DNA of 64,000 bases from an uncultured virus (IMG/VR IMGVR_UViG_3300005512_000015) (taxonomy: Duplodnaviria > Heunggongvirae > Uroviricota > Caudoviricetes). The DNA is taken from the IMG/VR virus record IMGVR_UViG_3300005512_000015; one strand, given 5' to 3'. The notes under the pieces are model-generated. The model was not told the DNA's origin. It saw only the letters and a list, made by a program, of their open reading frames with translations, and ran no database searches. The translations under genes and the position numbers were made by a program. This document shows positions 47,944-57,819 of the stretch, in pieces (position 1 is the first letter of the stretch; each line of letters opens with the position of its first letter).

Positions 47944-47947
47944 TTCA

Positions 47948-48487
47948 CTAATCCCATAATCCTTGATAGTAGACTCCAAATAATCTAAAGCCATTAGCCA
48001 TACGTTTTTCTTTTTCTTCGTCGTATACATCGCTATCATCGTGAAGCTTATACTCGAATGCCCAAATCATTTCATCTAAAACCCATGACCATCTATTATG
48101 GACATTCTCATCAGTACCAAAGTCTTTGTTCTCGATTTTAGAATTGATTGACTTTAATTCATCCGGCACATCCGCATCATCAACTAAAGCAGAACCGTGT
48201 TTGGTTTCTTTAAGTTGTTTAAGCATTGGTATAATGATATGAGCTAATGTCTCATCCATAGACCAAGTATCGTAAGGGTCAATATGAACAAATGCTCTTG
48301 GGCGGCTGGAACGGTAGTCGTATAATTTTTGACATACCTTTAGTAACAAACTATCATCATTTTTGCCGCATAAGAAATCACCTAGATTCATAACAGCATC
48401 ACCATACGGATCTTTCCAGAATAGAATCTTTTCAGCAATTTGGTGCGGACCAATAAAGTTCACATACGGTTTTATTTCAACTTTCAT
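47948..48487 (-). CDS. Conserved phage hypothetical protein
   Basis: IDPYDTWSMD.TLA.II.PMLKQL, W.WVLDEMIWAF, LWD. Confidence 0.8.
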   Translation of the reverse strand: MKVEIKPYVNFIGPHQIAEKILFWKDPYGDAVMNLGDFLCGKNDDSLLLKVCQKLYDYRSSRPRAFVHIDPYDTWSMDETLAHIIIPMLKQLKETKHGSALVDDADVPDELKSINSKIENKDFGTDENVHNRWSWVLDEMIWAFEYKLHDDSDVYDEEKEKRMANGFRLFGVYYQGLWD

Positions 48488-48497
48488 TCTTTATCCT

Positions 48498-48872
48498 TCA
48501 TTTGTTAGCTAATCTTTTAAATACATCCATAATCTCTTCTTCTGATTCGAATGTTTCTAATAGTTTTTTAAGAGCTTTATCCTGACGAGATAGCTTTCTT
48601 TGTGCTTCTTTCTCAGCCTTAGCTTGTTCTTTAGCAATACGAGCTTCATACTCTTTATCTGTTTCTTCTCGCTCTGAATAGCATTTAATATCAAAAGCCC
48701 CATCGTAACCATAGTGTTCTACTTGCATATACACAGTATCTTCTGGGATAATATCAGAATTATAAAACGTATTAGAGATATGTTTAAAGAAGTCTGCTTC
48801 AGTCATCATATCACTTGGAAATAACTCTGAAGCTTCGAAGCTTCCGATACGTTCTTTAATTAACTTTTTCAT
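48498..48872 (-). CDS. Hypothetical early protein
   Basis: REETDKEYEAR pattern; behind a promoter. Confidence 0.7.
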   Translation of the reverse strand: MKKLIKERIGSFEASELFPSDMMTEADFFKHISNTFYNSDIIPEDTVYMQVEHYGYDGAFDIKCYSEREETDKEYEARIAKEQAKAEKEAQRKLSRQDKALKKLLETFESEEEIMDVFKRLANK

Positions 48873-48890
48873 AATATATTCTCTCTTTCC

Positions 48891-48945
48891 TTATTTCTTG
48901 AATCTATTATAACAGGTAATTCAGAAAAAGTAAACAATTATTTTT
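48891..48945 (-). repeat. Early-promoter cassette repeat, copy 4
   Basis: AAATAATTGTTTACT-N17-TATAATAGATTCAAGAAATAA. Confidence 0.75.
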
Positions 48946-49156
48946 AATTACTTAATAATTTTAAAAGACCAAGCAAATCGTATCTGGATTTGATAAAGTT
49001 GCCTTCTCCATGATCAAACACGAATGCAGCGTTTTGGATATAAGACGTGTCAGAAGCACCCATACCTTGACTTCGTTCTTTTGCTTCATTTAGATGTTGT
49101 TCTGATTGAAAGAAATAAGATCTTCTTCCAATTTGTAATGAATAGAATTGTTTCAT
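48944..49156 (-). CDS. Hypothetical protein
   Basis: ORF track. Confidence 0.6.
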   Translation of the reverse strand: MKQFYSLQIGRRSYFFQSEQHLNEAKERSQGMGASDTSYIQNAAFVFDHGEGNFIKSRYDLLGLLKLLSN

Positions 49157-49281
49157 TTTTTAAAAATTCCACGCTTATTTTATAAATTGTATAGTAAAAA
49201 ATATTAAAGTTGTGTAGAACACTAACATTAAAACTATTCCAAATAATGCTTTAATAGTATATCTCCTTTAAGCAAACAAAT

Positions 49282-49305
49282 AAAAACAACCCCGAAGGGT
49301 CGTTT
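49282..49305 (-). terminator. Rho-independent terminator with C-UUCG-G tetraloop
   Basis: AAACGACCC-TTCG-GGGTTGTTTTT. Confidence 0.85.
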
Positions 49306-49313
49306 GTATAAAA

Positions 49314-50489
49314 CTATAATCCGATCTTTTTAACTCTCGATGCTTTTTGTACTTTAGAAATACCGTCCTCTTTTAAATAAGGTTGTGTTGCGGATTTAAT
49401 TCTTTTATTTAATCTTTTATTGATTTCAGAACCTAAATCAGCTGGTAGAACTTCGTGAGTTTTAAAAATATCATTAAAATCCTTTTCGTCAAGGTTGTTA
49501 TCTAACCATATTGATAGCGCCTCTGGTGCGTCCAGAGCCCTTAACTCAAGGATATCGAATAGTCTACCCTTTCTCAAAAGGGCTGAATCAATATCAGAGT
49601 ACTTCTGGTTAGTAGTAATGATAAATTTTGTCTTTGACTTTTCAACGCCATCTGTGAATGATAAAAATTGATTTAAAAAATCATTTTTTCTAGCATCATC
49701 AATAGATTGAACTTCACTATCTCTTTTAGTCAACATATAATCAAGATCATCAATAATACAGATATCAGCTTGAATCTTAGCCATATCTCTCCAGAACTTA
49801 TCATTAATCAAAACATCTGTACTTTTAACGTAAACCACTGATATAAATTGGTTATCCAGAGCTGGATTATCTTCTAATTTGTCGTATGGTAATTTATCAG
49901 AATTTTCATAAGCGTGTTTAAGCGCTAATGTACTCATCTTGGATTTACCTAAACCAGGTTCACCAACTAGTAACAGGATATTTTCAGCACCTGTAAAGAA
50001 TTGATCAAACATAATTTGAGTATCTATATATGGATAGTACTTATCTGAAATATATTGTAATTCTTCAATATCCATTTGTTTAGATGCGTTATCTAATTGT
50101 CCAGAATTCATAAAATACGAATGCATAAACATATCAACGCCGTCATCTTCATCGCTATGTTTTAGATAAATTTGCCAAGCTTTATTGCAAATTTCTTCAG
50201 TTTGTGCATAAATACCAAAGAATAAATCTACAGAATTACCACGAACGTAAACTCTTAGTTTTTCGCCTTGTACTTTATAATTGACATTATTTTTATTTCT
50301 AGAATAATCAAACTCTTTTAAATCACAAATACTTTTTAAATCTTCAATAAATGACTTATAATCAATAGATTTAATACTCATGTCTTGAAGAGCATAGTGA
50401 AATCCATCTTGGATGTCAAGTTGCGAAATTACTGCTTCATCGACACTAAGATCATCTGAATTATGCGTTATAATTAATTTAGAATCCAT
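49314..50489 (-). CDS. AAA+ ATPase
   Basis: GEPGLGKS, IIDDLD, TTN, DSALLRKGRLFD. Confidence 0.9.
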   Translation of the reverse strand: MDSKLIITHNSDDLSVDEAVISQLDIQDGFHYALQDMSIKSIDYKSFIEDLKSICDLKEFDYSRNKNNVNYKVQGEKLRVYVRGNSVDLFFGIYAQTEEICNKAWQIYLKHSDEDDGVDMFMHSYFMNSGQLDNASKQMDIEELQYISDKYYPYIDTQIMFDQFFTGAENILLLVGEPGLGKSKMSTLALKHAYENSDKLPYDKLEDNPALDNQFISVVYVKSTDVLINDKFWRDMAKIQADICIIDDLDYMLTKRDSEVQSIDDARKNDFLNQFLSFTDGVEKSKTKFIITTNQKYSDIDSALLRKGRLFDILELRALDAPEALSIWLDNNLDEKDFNDIFKTHEVLPADLGSEINKRLNKRIKSATQPYLKEDGISKVQKASRVKKIGL

Positions 50490-50687
50490 CTAATCTTCCT
50501 TCTTATTTTTGGTTTTTTCAATAATGATTCTTACTAAAGTACCAATAATAGCAACTATGGTAACTGGCCAGATGATACTATCAAAAGCATCCTTTTTAGC
50601 GATGTCAATACCATGATATCCAGCAGCAAAGCTTGACGCCAAAAGCATAAACAGTGCAATTGCAAAATACGCGATTAAGTATTCCAT
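50490..50687 (-). CDS. Small membrane protein
   Basis: Two TM segments, WP motif. Confidence 0.65.
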   Translation of the reverse strand: MEYLIAYFAIALFMLLASSFAAGYHGIDIAKKDAFDSIIWPVTIVAIIGTLVRIIIEKTKNKKED

Positions 50688-50938
50688 AGCTTCTCCTTTA
50701 TTTTGTTAATTATTTCATAAGCTTCATAATCTTCTTCAGAAGCATCTCTAACGGTTTCTTCGATTTCAAATGAATGCGAAGTATGATACTCTACTTTCTC
50801 CATAACTTTACCATCTTTAACATAATAAGATGTTTTCCAGTTATAAAGATTATATAATTTTTTTAGAAAAATATCGTCAATATTATTATTTGTTAAGTGT
50901 ACATCTACATATTGAGTATGGGGTACCTTTATAATCAT
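50675..50938 (-). CDS. Hypothetical protein
   Basis: ORF within the operon. Confidence 0.65.
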   Translation of the reverse strand: MIIKVPHTQYVDVHLTNNNIDDIFLKKLYNLYNWKTSYYVKDGKVMEKVEYHTSHSFEIEETVRDASEEDYEAYEIINKIKEKLWNT

Positions 50939-50941
50939 AAT

Positions 50942-51874
50942 TTAACCCTTTACCTTCATAAGCTCAGTTAAGCAAGCTGCCAAGTTTAGATTTTTGTCAC
51001 GAACTGAATCAGACATATGTTGATATTTAGCAATAGTAATGACAACATTTGGATAAACTTCTGGTTTGAAGTACTTAGCCGCATTATTATATAGGAACGT
51101 GTACATATTGTCAGGACCATTTAGTTTGTTTACTTCAGTAATCATATCAGTATATGTTGATGGTGATACAACTTGCATAACCTTGTCAAATACATTAACG
51201 TCATCTAGTTCATTAGCTGATACGACGAATTGACCACCTTTAGAGAACTTTTGAAGTGCACCAATCATAGATCTAATACGAGGATAGTACGTATTGATTA
51301 CGGGAACTAGATCTTTAGGTTCGTATTGAACTTGCTCATTTTCCAGAATGAACTTCATTCTTTCAAAGATTGGTTTAACCATAACATCTTTGCTGAATGA
51401 ATTGAAGTCATAAACTTCCAATCTGTCTAATAGTGGTTCGATGATTTTTTCTTTGTAGTTACCTGTAAAAACAAATCTACAATTAGCACTGAATTCATCA
51501 ATGAAACCACGGAATGCCGCCTGACCATCTTTTGAGAAGTGATCAAACTCATCCATAACTACGATTTTGATATTATCATCAAATGAAGATTGACTGGCAA
51601 ACTTACCAACTTTACCTCTAAGAACATCAATACCTTTTTCCATCGAAGCATTAATCCATAGTGCTTCACCACCGATTTCTTTAATAATAGAGTGTGCTGT
51701 GCTTGATTTACCTGTACCTGGATTAGATGAGAACAAACCAATGTTTGTGATATCTTGAGAAGCGATATCAGCTTTAAGTTTTGTTTTGATTTCCTCTGGA
51801 ATGATGAGGTCATCGATGCATGCTGGCTTGTATTTTTCGTACCAAACTGACTTTGAGTTGTCAATTATTTTCAT
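50942..51874 (-). CDS. gp44: Clamp loader large subunit gp44
   Basis: WYEKYKP, PGTGKS, INAS, MDEFD, FTGN..KIIEPL. Confidence 0.93.
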   Translation of the reverse strand: MKIIDNSKSVWYEKYKPACIDDLIIPEEIKTKLKADIASQDITNIGLFSSNPGTGKSSTAHSIIKEIGGEALWINASMEKGIDVLRGKVGKFASQSSFDDNIKIVVMDEFDHFSKDGQAAFRGFIDEFSANCRFVFTGNYKEKIIEPLLDRLEVYDFNSFSKDVMVKPIFERMKFILENEQVQYEPKDLVPVINTYYPRIRSMIGALQKFSKGGQFVVSANELDDVNVFDKVMQVVSPSTYTDMITEVNKLNGPDNMYTFLYNNAAKYFKPEVYPNVVITIAKYQHMSDSVRDKNLNLAACLTELMKVKG

Positions 51875-51897
51875 ATCTATCCTTATTTTTTTTATTT

Positions 51898-51919
51898 ATT
51901 ATAATATAAACCTATTTAA
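51898..51919 (-). promoter_or_regulatory. TTAA-N12-TATAAT promoter
   Basis: Repeated motif. Confidence 0.6.
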
Positions 51920-52181
51920 CATACACGTAAACGTCAAACTCTTTAGCGTTATCTAAACCGCCTACAACATTTCCACCAAAATTATATGATAAGTTATGAA
52001 TTTTTCCAGTCCAGTAATTTCTAACATTCATTTTTGTTTTAGCTTTACGACCACGTAAACAAACTCTGAAATTAGTACCTTTAAGAGATTCTTTAAGAGC
52101 AACGATGTCTGGATCATTGCGATCTGTTGTAGTACCTTTGTAAGAAGTTGAAGTTCTGATATCCATTTTAGTCTTGATCAT
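51912..52181 (-). CDS. Hypothetical early protein
   Basis: RV.LRGR...A..FDVYVY; early promoter at 52212-52241. Confidence 0.7.
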   Translation of the reverse strand: MIKTKMDIRTSTSYKGTTTDRNDPDIVALKESLKGTNFRVCLRGRKAKTKMNVRNYWTGKIHNLSYNFGGNVVGGLDNAKEFDVYVYVK

Positions 52182-52257
52182 GTTATTTCCTTTATTTGAT
52201 TTGATAGAACTATTATATCAAGTTTTATTGATAATGTAAACGGTTTTAACAATAAAT

Positions 52258-52575
52258 TTAAAGAATTTCCCAACTTTCTGTTTCTGGATCAAAGAAGTAG
52301 TTATAAGATTCTCCAAACTTCGTAATAAAGTCTTCAGTATCTTCAGCTTCATAAATTTCCAGAGGTTCACCTCTATCATAATAAAAATCGCAATCTTCAA
52401 TGGAATTACCCATATAAGAAGCTGCTCCTTGCTCAATCAGTTGAACTACGTAGTCATAGTCCAAGTAATTGTCTTCAAGTATTTTACCAACACCATCTTC
52501 GTATCCATCAAAGTGAACATATATTCCTTTGATTTCTCCTTCAATTTCAGTTGAAATTGTAGCTCGTGTACTCAT
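52258..52575 (-). CDS. Conserved phage hypothetical protein
   Basis: MSTRATI...IYVHFDGY..GVG..L..NY. Confidence 0.75.
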   Translation of the reverse strand: MSTRATISTEIEGEIKGIYVHFDGYEDGVGKILEDNYLDYDYVVQLIEQGAASYMGNSIEDCDFYYDRGEPLEIYEAEDTEDFITKFGESYNYFFDPETESWEIL

Positions 52576-52588
52576 ATATTGTCCTTTA

Positions 52589-53017
52589 TTATTTTACAAA
52601 ATCTTTTGGTTGTAGCGTTTGTAATGCTTCTTCAGTAAAGTACTGATTACCAGGGTTACCTTGTAATTTATCACAAAGTTCTTGATCTTCTTTACTAAGC
52701 TTAGCATAACGAACAAAGTCACCAGATGGTCTTGTTAAACCTTTTCTTAATTCAATAACATCAAATGCTTGTTTCAAACAATCTTCAGCAGAAACACCTT
52801 TAATATCAGCAATATTTATTAATGTTACAATGGTATCACCAACAGCATCCATAAATTCTTCATCGTCATTCAATACGATTGCTTCGTGAATTTCAATACA
52901 TTCTTGCATTACACGCTGGTATTGAGATTGTAACCGATCTTTCATAGGTGCATCTTCAGAGCCACCAATGCCACGAATTGCTTTCCAATCACGTACTTCT
53001 TGAAATTGTTTAATCAT
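52589..53017 (-). CDS. MazG-like NTP pyrophosphohydrolase
   Basis: ECIEIHEA...DAVGDTIVTL...CL..AF..I..RKG. Confidence 0.85.
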   Translation of the reverse strand: MIKQFQEVRDWKAIRGIGGSEDAPMKDRLQSQYQRVMQECIEIHEAIVLNDDEEFMDAVGDTIVTLINIADIKGVSAEDCLKQAFDVIELRKGLTRPSGDFVRYAKLSKEDQELCDKLQGNPGNQYFTEEALQTLQPKDFVK

Positions 53018-53048
53018 CTTTCTATCCTTTATTTGTTTAATTTCGTAT

Positions 53049-53070
53049 ATTATATCAAATGTTTAATTAA
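53049..53070 (-). promoter_or_regulatory. TTAA-N12-TATAAT promoter
   Basis: Repeated motif. Confidence 0.6.
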
Positions 53071-53533
53071 AGTTTATGTCATTTCTGTATCTTAAATCAA
53101 TATATGGAGTATCACCATATTTAACTTTAGATATCTCAGAACTAGCATCTAACAATTTACTAATAAATTTAACAGTAACTTCATCACCAGCTTTTAGTAA
53201 TCTATCTTTTGGTTTATCAGTTTGATAATAAAGAAAACAATCTAGTTGTCCCATTTCAATAGATTCTTTAAATTGTTGAATTTTTTGTCTATTTTTAATA
53301 TTAAAATATTTTGTTGAAATTTCTTTAACATCAACCTTTTTTCCATCAATTATAAAGTCATGTCTCCAATTTAATGGCGCCTGTATATTTTCTCCAGACT
53401 TATGAATTGTATACCATTCTAATAATAATGAATCGCAATTTTTTCTTGAATCATATGTGCCTTTAGCATACTCATTATCAGCATACTTAACAAAACACTC
53501 TGGAACAGTTATGGTTAATTCAGAATAAGCCAT
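53063..53533 (-). CDS. PD-(D/E)XK nuclease, possibly DenB-like
   Basis: LLEW...HDF....VDVK. Confidence 0.55.
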   Translation of the reverse strand: MAYSELTITVPECFVKYADNEYAKGTYDSRKNCDSLLLEWYTIHKSGENIQAPLNWRHDFIIDGKKVDVKEISTKYFNIKNRQKIQQFKESIEMGQLDCFLYYQTDKPKDRLLKAGDEVTVKFISKLLDASSEISKVKYGDTPYIDLRYRNDINFN

Positions 53534-53748
53534 TATATGCCTAAACCTTCAGACATTAATTGCATATTAAACATAATTTTTTGCAAATCGATATCCTTAT
53601 TAGTTTTTTGAATTTGAAGTCTTAGTCTATTGTATTTTGGATCTTTAGTAGCTTGCATCCAATCTAATAGATATTCTTTTTGAGAGTCAAGAGAACCTTG
53701 ACCCATAACAGTAAGTCTGATTTCATTAGTAAATTTATTGTATTTCAT
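53533..53748 (-). CDS. Hypothetical early protein
   Basis: Behind the early promoter at 53779-53808. Confidence 0.65.
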   Translation of the reverse strand: MKYNKFTNEIRLTVMGQGSLDSQKEYLLDWMQATKDPKYNRLRLQIQKTNKDIDLQKIMFNMQLMSEGLGI

Positions 53749-53842
53749 GATTTCCGCCTTTTGTTTATTTCATGATCTATTATATCAAATGTTCTATGAA
53801 ATGTAAACGGAAATCACTAATTATTTTAGGGAATTTTTAAAT

Positions 53843-55093
53843 TTACCAATCTTCATCTTGTGGATGTGATTGTGTATCGCAACGTTGTTTAGTATTATCT
53901 TGCTTAACGAATGGTGTTGTACTGATAGGTAATTCACCTTCAACGTAAGCTTTAATATTTTTACCAATAAATGTCGCTGTTTTTACTGGAACATTTTGAC
54001 TAATGTTGCTCCATAGTTTTTCATCTACTAGATCAAAATCATGTGGATGTCCCATCAACCATAACAGTTCACGAATATTATAACCACGTTCATACTTTGG
54101 TTGTAACATACGATGTGCAGCTTTATTAACTACAGCATTCATATATTGACCTTGATGAGTGATAAACGTTGAACTATCCCAGAAGTTTTGTCCAGCATCT
54201 GTCTTAGCTTTACAATGTAAACATAATTTCTTAGCTTTTTCATTACCCTTTTTATCGAAATAATCAGCAGCAATATCAAAACCAATTTTTTGCGTTAATT
54301 GTAATGATGTCCAAGTGGATTTCTTATCTTCTGGATCGATTTTCTTAACTGCTTCTAACATCGTATTTACACCTAAGTGATCAAGTGCAAAGTGGTAATA
54401 ATCATCTAATGAATCTTCAGCAACTGGAGTTTGTTGATTAGCTGATTCAGGAATCATATCTAAATAATCAGATAGTAATGGAAAATCTTTATCTTCATAG
54501 TTAAACAACCCAGGATTACCATCACGATAAAACATAATAAATGTACGTTGACGTGATTGAGGAATTCCATGACGAATTGTATTTGTTTTAACTAGTTGTG
54601 TTGTGTAATTATATTCTTCAGCAATTTCACGAATCCTATTGATAGTTGCTTCACCTGATTTAGTATAAGCAGCTGGAGCATTTTCATAAGCAACAACTTT
54701 AGCTTCAGTTTTCATACCAAGACGAGATAAAGCATACATATTCTGGTTTTGATCGTTATCTGCACAACCTCTTTTCTTAGATCCACATGTACTTGAATTC
54801 ATTTGAGATAATCCAGCACAAACAGCTACGTGCATTAATACATCTAGATTAGTACAAAGTTTATTGAAAAGCTTTTCATCATCTTCACCAATAAATGTCT
54901 CGTAATCATCTTTCATATTGATTACCGGAATACCAAGTGATCTAGTGTTATTCATGTAGTTGATGTAATGCGAATCATTATCAAATCCAGCAGTAATAAT
55001 AGCTACTGGAGGTGTTTCAAATGCTGCTTCAAAACCAATTGACATTCCACCGATGAGAGGCTGTGCAACTGCCCATTTAATATTACCACTCAT
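53843..55093 (-). CDS. Divergent DNA cytosine-C5 methyltransferase-fold protein
   Basis: Start revised to MSGNIKW; PLIGG (motif I), AVCAGLS (IV), ENAP (VI), QSRQR (VIII), REL.WLMG.P.DF (IX), QNVP (X). Confidence 0.8.
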   Translation of the reverse strand: MSGNIKWAVAQPLIGGMSIGFEAAFETPPVAIITAGFDNDSHYINYMNNTRSLGIPVINMKDDYETFIGEDDEKLFNKLCTNLDVLMHVAVCAGLSQMNSSTCGSKKRGCADNDQNQNMYALSRLGMKTEAKVVAYENAPAAYTKSGEATINRIREIAEEYNYTTQLVKTNTIRHGIPQSRQRTFIMFYRDGNPGLFNYEDKDFPLLSDYLDMIPESANQQTPVAEDSLDDYYHFALDHLGVNTMLEAVKKIDPEDKKSTWTSLQLTQKIGFDIAADYFDKKGNEKAKKLCLHCKAKTDAGQNFWDSSTFITHQGQYMNAVVNKAAHRMLQPKYERGYNIRELLWLMGHPHDFDLVDEKLWSNISQNVPVKTATFIGKNIKAYVEGELPISTTPFVKQDNTKQRCDTQSHPQDEDW

Positions 55094-56432
55094 CCAATCC
55101 AACCTCTTCGTCTTTAATTTCAAATATTTCACGTTTCTTTTTAACGTAATATGAATATTCATTACGTGTACAATCTTTAACATTAAATGAAAGCGCATTA
55201 TCAGGGAATGTATTCATTAAAATTAAGAAGTTCTCGTAACCAAATTCACCATGCGTTTTCTTTAGTAGTTCTTCAAATGAAAGTTTGTTTTCTTCTTTAC
55301 CAACTTCTAAAATTTCTTTAATGAAATTAGGAACAACAATATCAGCCGATACTTCACGATAAATGAACTCTTTACCATTTTTTACATATTCTTCAAATAG
55401 TTCTTTGTTATTAGCAATTTCAACCATTTGATCATATACATCTGATAAATCTTTTTCAGCACTAAATAATGCAATTTTGTCATTATCGATATAACGTTTA
55501 CCAGTACTGTCTACATTGTTTTCACCATAATGTTTATCAAAAATTGGAATAGCACCATTAATGAAGATTTCCATTTGTGAATATTCCATACGATCACCAT
55601 AGTTTTGAGGCTCTTTTGGTAGCGCAAAACCAGAATAACCAAACATTGTTTTAGCTAGTAATTCTTGACCAACTTCATATGGGTATGGACCAAACACTGT
55701 ACAAGTTTCCATGTCTTCTTCAAGGTTATCAAACTTAGGTTGATATACACAATTTGGATGATCGATAATATCGCCTTTAGCTCCAATTGAACGCTCAATA
55801 CCAATTAAACGACCCTTGAATTCATTGTTAGGAATATCTAAGAAATTTAGTACTCTATTAGGACCCTTCATTGATGTCCAACGACCAGCATATAGAACCA
55901 TTTTTTCTTTTTCTTCAAATGGCACAGCTTTGTAATTGATATTCATTGGCATAGCAAAACGTCTAATACGATCTTGCTTATGATCTAATATAGACTTAAC
56001 GGCTGTAGAATAATCAGTAATTGTACTAAAGTTATAAGTTTGATCACATTGATTAGCAATAGCAACGTGCATTGGAATACGTTCATAGTTTGCTTTTTTG
56101 ATTTCGTGCATCATAGCAACAGTGATAGGTTTATTAACCTTCATAATCATATCAAAAAAGAATGACTTAGTTGTACTTGGTTTATTACCACTTCCTGGGT
56201 ATGAGTTATAGATAACAATATCATAGTTGTCGTTTAGCTTTTGAGCCGTTTCTTCTATTTCTTCTGGTAAAAAGTCGATGTACTCTCCAACGTGTCCACC
56301 ACCTCGACCGAAAGTCTTTTCTTTAAGATTATAGATGTCTAAATCTTCTTTGTAAAAATCCTGAAAAACTGCAGCGTATTTTTCAACGCCGCAACCATCT
56401 AAACCTTTACCAAATACGATTGCTATTTTCAT
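55083..56432 (-). CDS. T4 alpha-glucosyltransferase-like DNA glycosyltransferase
   Basis: GKGLDGCGVEKY, GRWTSMKG, GIERS, MEYSQME, G.IPIF match T4 AGT motifs. Confidence 0.85.
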   Translation of the reverse strand: MKIAIVFGKGLDGCGVEKYAAVFQDFYKEDLDIYNLKEKTFGRGGGHVGEYIDFLPEEIEETAQKLNDNYDIVIYNSYPGSGNKPSTTKSFFFDMIMKVNKPITVAMMHEIKKANYERIPMHVAIANQCDQTYNFSTITDYSTAVKSILDHKQDRIRRFAMPMNINYKAVPFEEKEKMVLYAGRWTSMKGPNRVLNFLDIPNNEFKGRLIGIERSIGAKGDIIDHPNCVYQPKFDNLEEDMETCTVFGPYPYEVGQELLAKTMFGYSGFALPKEPQNYGDRMEYSQMEIFINGAIPIFDKHYGENNVDSTGKRYIDNDKIALFSAEKDLSDVYDQMVEIANNKELFEEYVKNGKEFIYREVSADIVVPNFIKEILEVGKEENKLSFEELLKKTHGEFGYENFLILMNTFPDNALSFNVKDCTRNEYSYYVKKKREIFEIKDEEVGLDEW

Positions 56433-56434
56433 TT

Positions 56435-57817
56435 CTATCCTTCTAGTATATTTGTTATTTCATGATTAATTATATCATTTTCGTTATTAATAAACTGATC
56501 AATTTTGAATAACTCTCTTAGTTCTGCCAATATTTCATTTCTTTTTTCTGGGTTAGAATTAAAAAATTCAATACGTTCATCGATCTCAGCAGAGTTATGT
56601 ACAACTAAATGTTTTTGTATTCTTTTTGGTATTTGTAAAAAGCTTGGATCATATTGCTCATCCAACAATGGAAGAATATTTTCCGAAACATAAAATACTG
56701 GTTTAAAGTTCAATGAATCATAATGTGATACACACCTAAACACGATACCATATTTGTATTTAGCTATTTGCTTATACAATTCTAAAGGTGGAATACCTTC
56801 TTTAAAGTTTTGATGGCTTGTAACCTCATCAACAATCTCGCTTCTATTTTTTGATAGATAGTCTTCGTGTTTCTTAGTTTTCTTAGTGAAATTGTTTCTA
56901 ACTAATGGAACAAAATAAGTACTTTTATTAGCTTTAACATCTTTTAAGAATGTTGGCCAAACTGTACTTCTAAATCCTGTGTCATGGAATAATGTACCGG
57001 CGAAAAATAAGTTATGTGTTTTCTGAACTTCTTCCTCAATACCCCAATCATCTAATGAATTGTTGTTAAATTTCTTATCATATAATAAATGTTGAAATTG
57101 TGCAATTGGAAACTTTAAAAAATCTCTTGTACCACGTTTATCGGCTTCAAAATAATAAGCCTTTAATGGAATATTGTTTTGCTTATAATAGAATGATGGA
57201 AATGCTGGATCAATAATAAATGAAATTACACTACCTTTTAACTTGTTATTGTCATTTAAATACTTAATAAAATAGTTCATAAAATGAGCAGTTTTAGTAC
57301 TAAAAGCAATAGGTGAAACTAATCTGTCCCATTCATCTACTAGATATTTGTCAGTAATTTCAATGTCATGTAATGTCTTTTCGTCAGTACCGACATAATC
57401 AAAGTATTCGTGTTTTAGTTCATTAAGTTCTTTATTAAGCGAAGTATTACAATACGCGGTCAATGGTAAGCGATATCCAAAATCTGTACCTAAAATGATA
57501 TTATCAATATCGGGCAATCCATTGAATGATGCTTCCAATGATTTATGTATTTCAACTTTATTTATGTCTCTATAATTTTCAGCGTCTGATTTTCTAAGTA
57601 GTTTATCCCAACCACTTTTAAATTCATAATAATTATCAGTTAAACCGCAACTTGTACCAATAGTGATTATATTATATTGATCTTTAATTTTTTCTTTGAT
57701 GTACCGAGCGGTACCATACGTATTTGTGTATTCGTCTTGTTTTCCTTTGTCCACAAACAACAAAGTTTTTTTACAAGGGTCAATTTGGAGCTGCCCTTGT
57801 AATTCGAAAATTTCCAT
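56435..57817 (-). CDS. T4 beta-glucosyltransferase-like GT-B glycosyltransferase
   Basis: FPIAQF, KTHNLFFAG, LLDEQYD and V.NSAEI.ERI......R.EIL are collinear with the T4 BGT C-domain. Confidence 0.65.
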   Translation of the reverse strand: MEIFELQGQLQIDPCKKTLLFVDKGKQDEYTNTYGTARYIKEKIKDQYNIITIGTSCGLTDNYYEFKSGWDKLLRKSDAENYRDINKVEIHKSLEASFNGLPDIDNIILGTDFGYRLPLTAYCNTSLNKELNELKHEYFDYVGTDEKTLHDIEITDKYLVDEWDRLVSPIAFSTKTAHFMNYFIKYLNDNNKLKGSVISFIIDPAFPSFYYKQNNIPLKAYYFEADKRGTRDFLKFPIAQFQHLLYDKKFNNNSLDDWGIEEEVQKTHNLFFAGTLFHDTGFRSTVWPTFLKDVKANKSTYFVPLVRNNFTKKTKKHEDYLSKNRSEIVDEVTSHQNFKEGIPPLELYKQIAKYKYGIVFRCVSHYDSLNFKPVFYVSENILPLLDEQYDPSFLQIPKRIQKHLVVHNSAEIDERIEFFNSNPEKRNEILAELRELFKIDQFINNENDIINHEITNILEG

Positions 57818-57819
57818 GT

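Noticed and set aside
55094..55198. Long N-terminal extensions in the ORF track (also 2463, 9326, 11284, 23813, 39183, 45563, 60954)
   Set aside because: They overlap upstream genes or promoters; downstream ATGs with SD or coupling fit better
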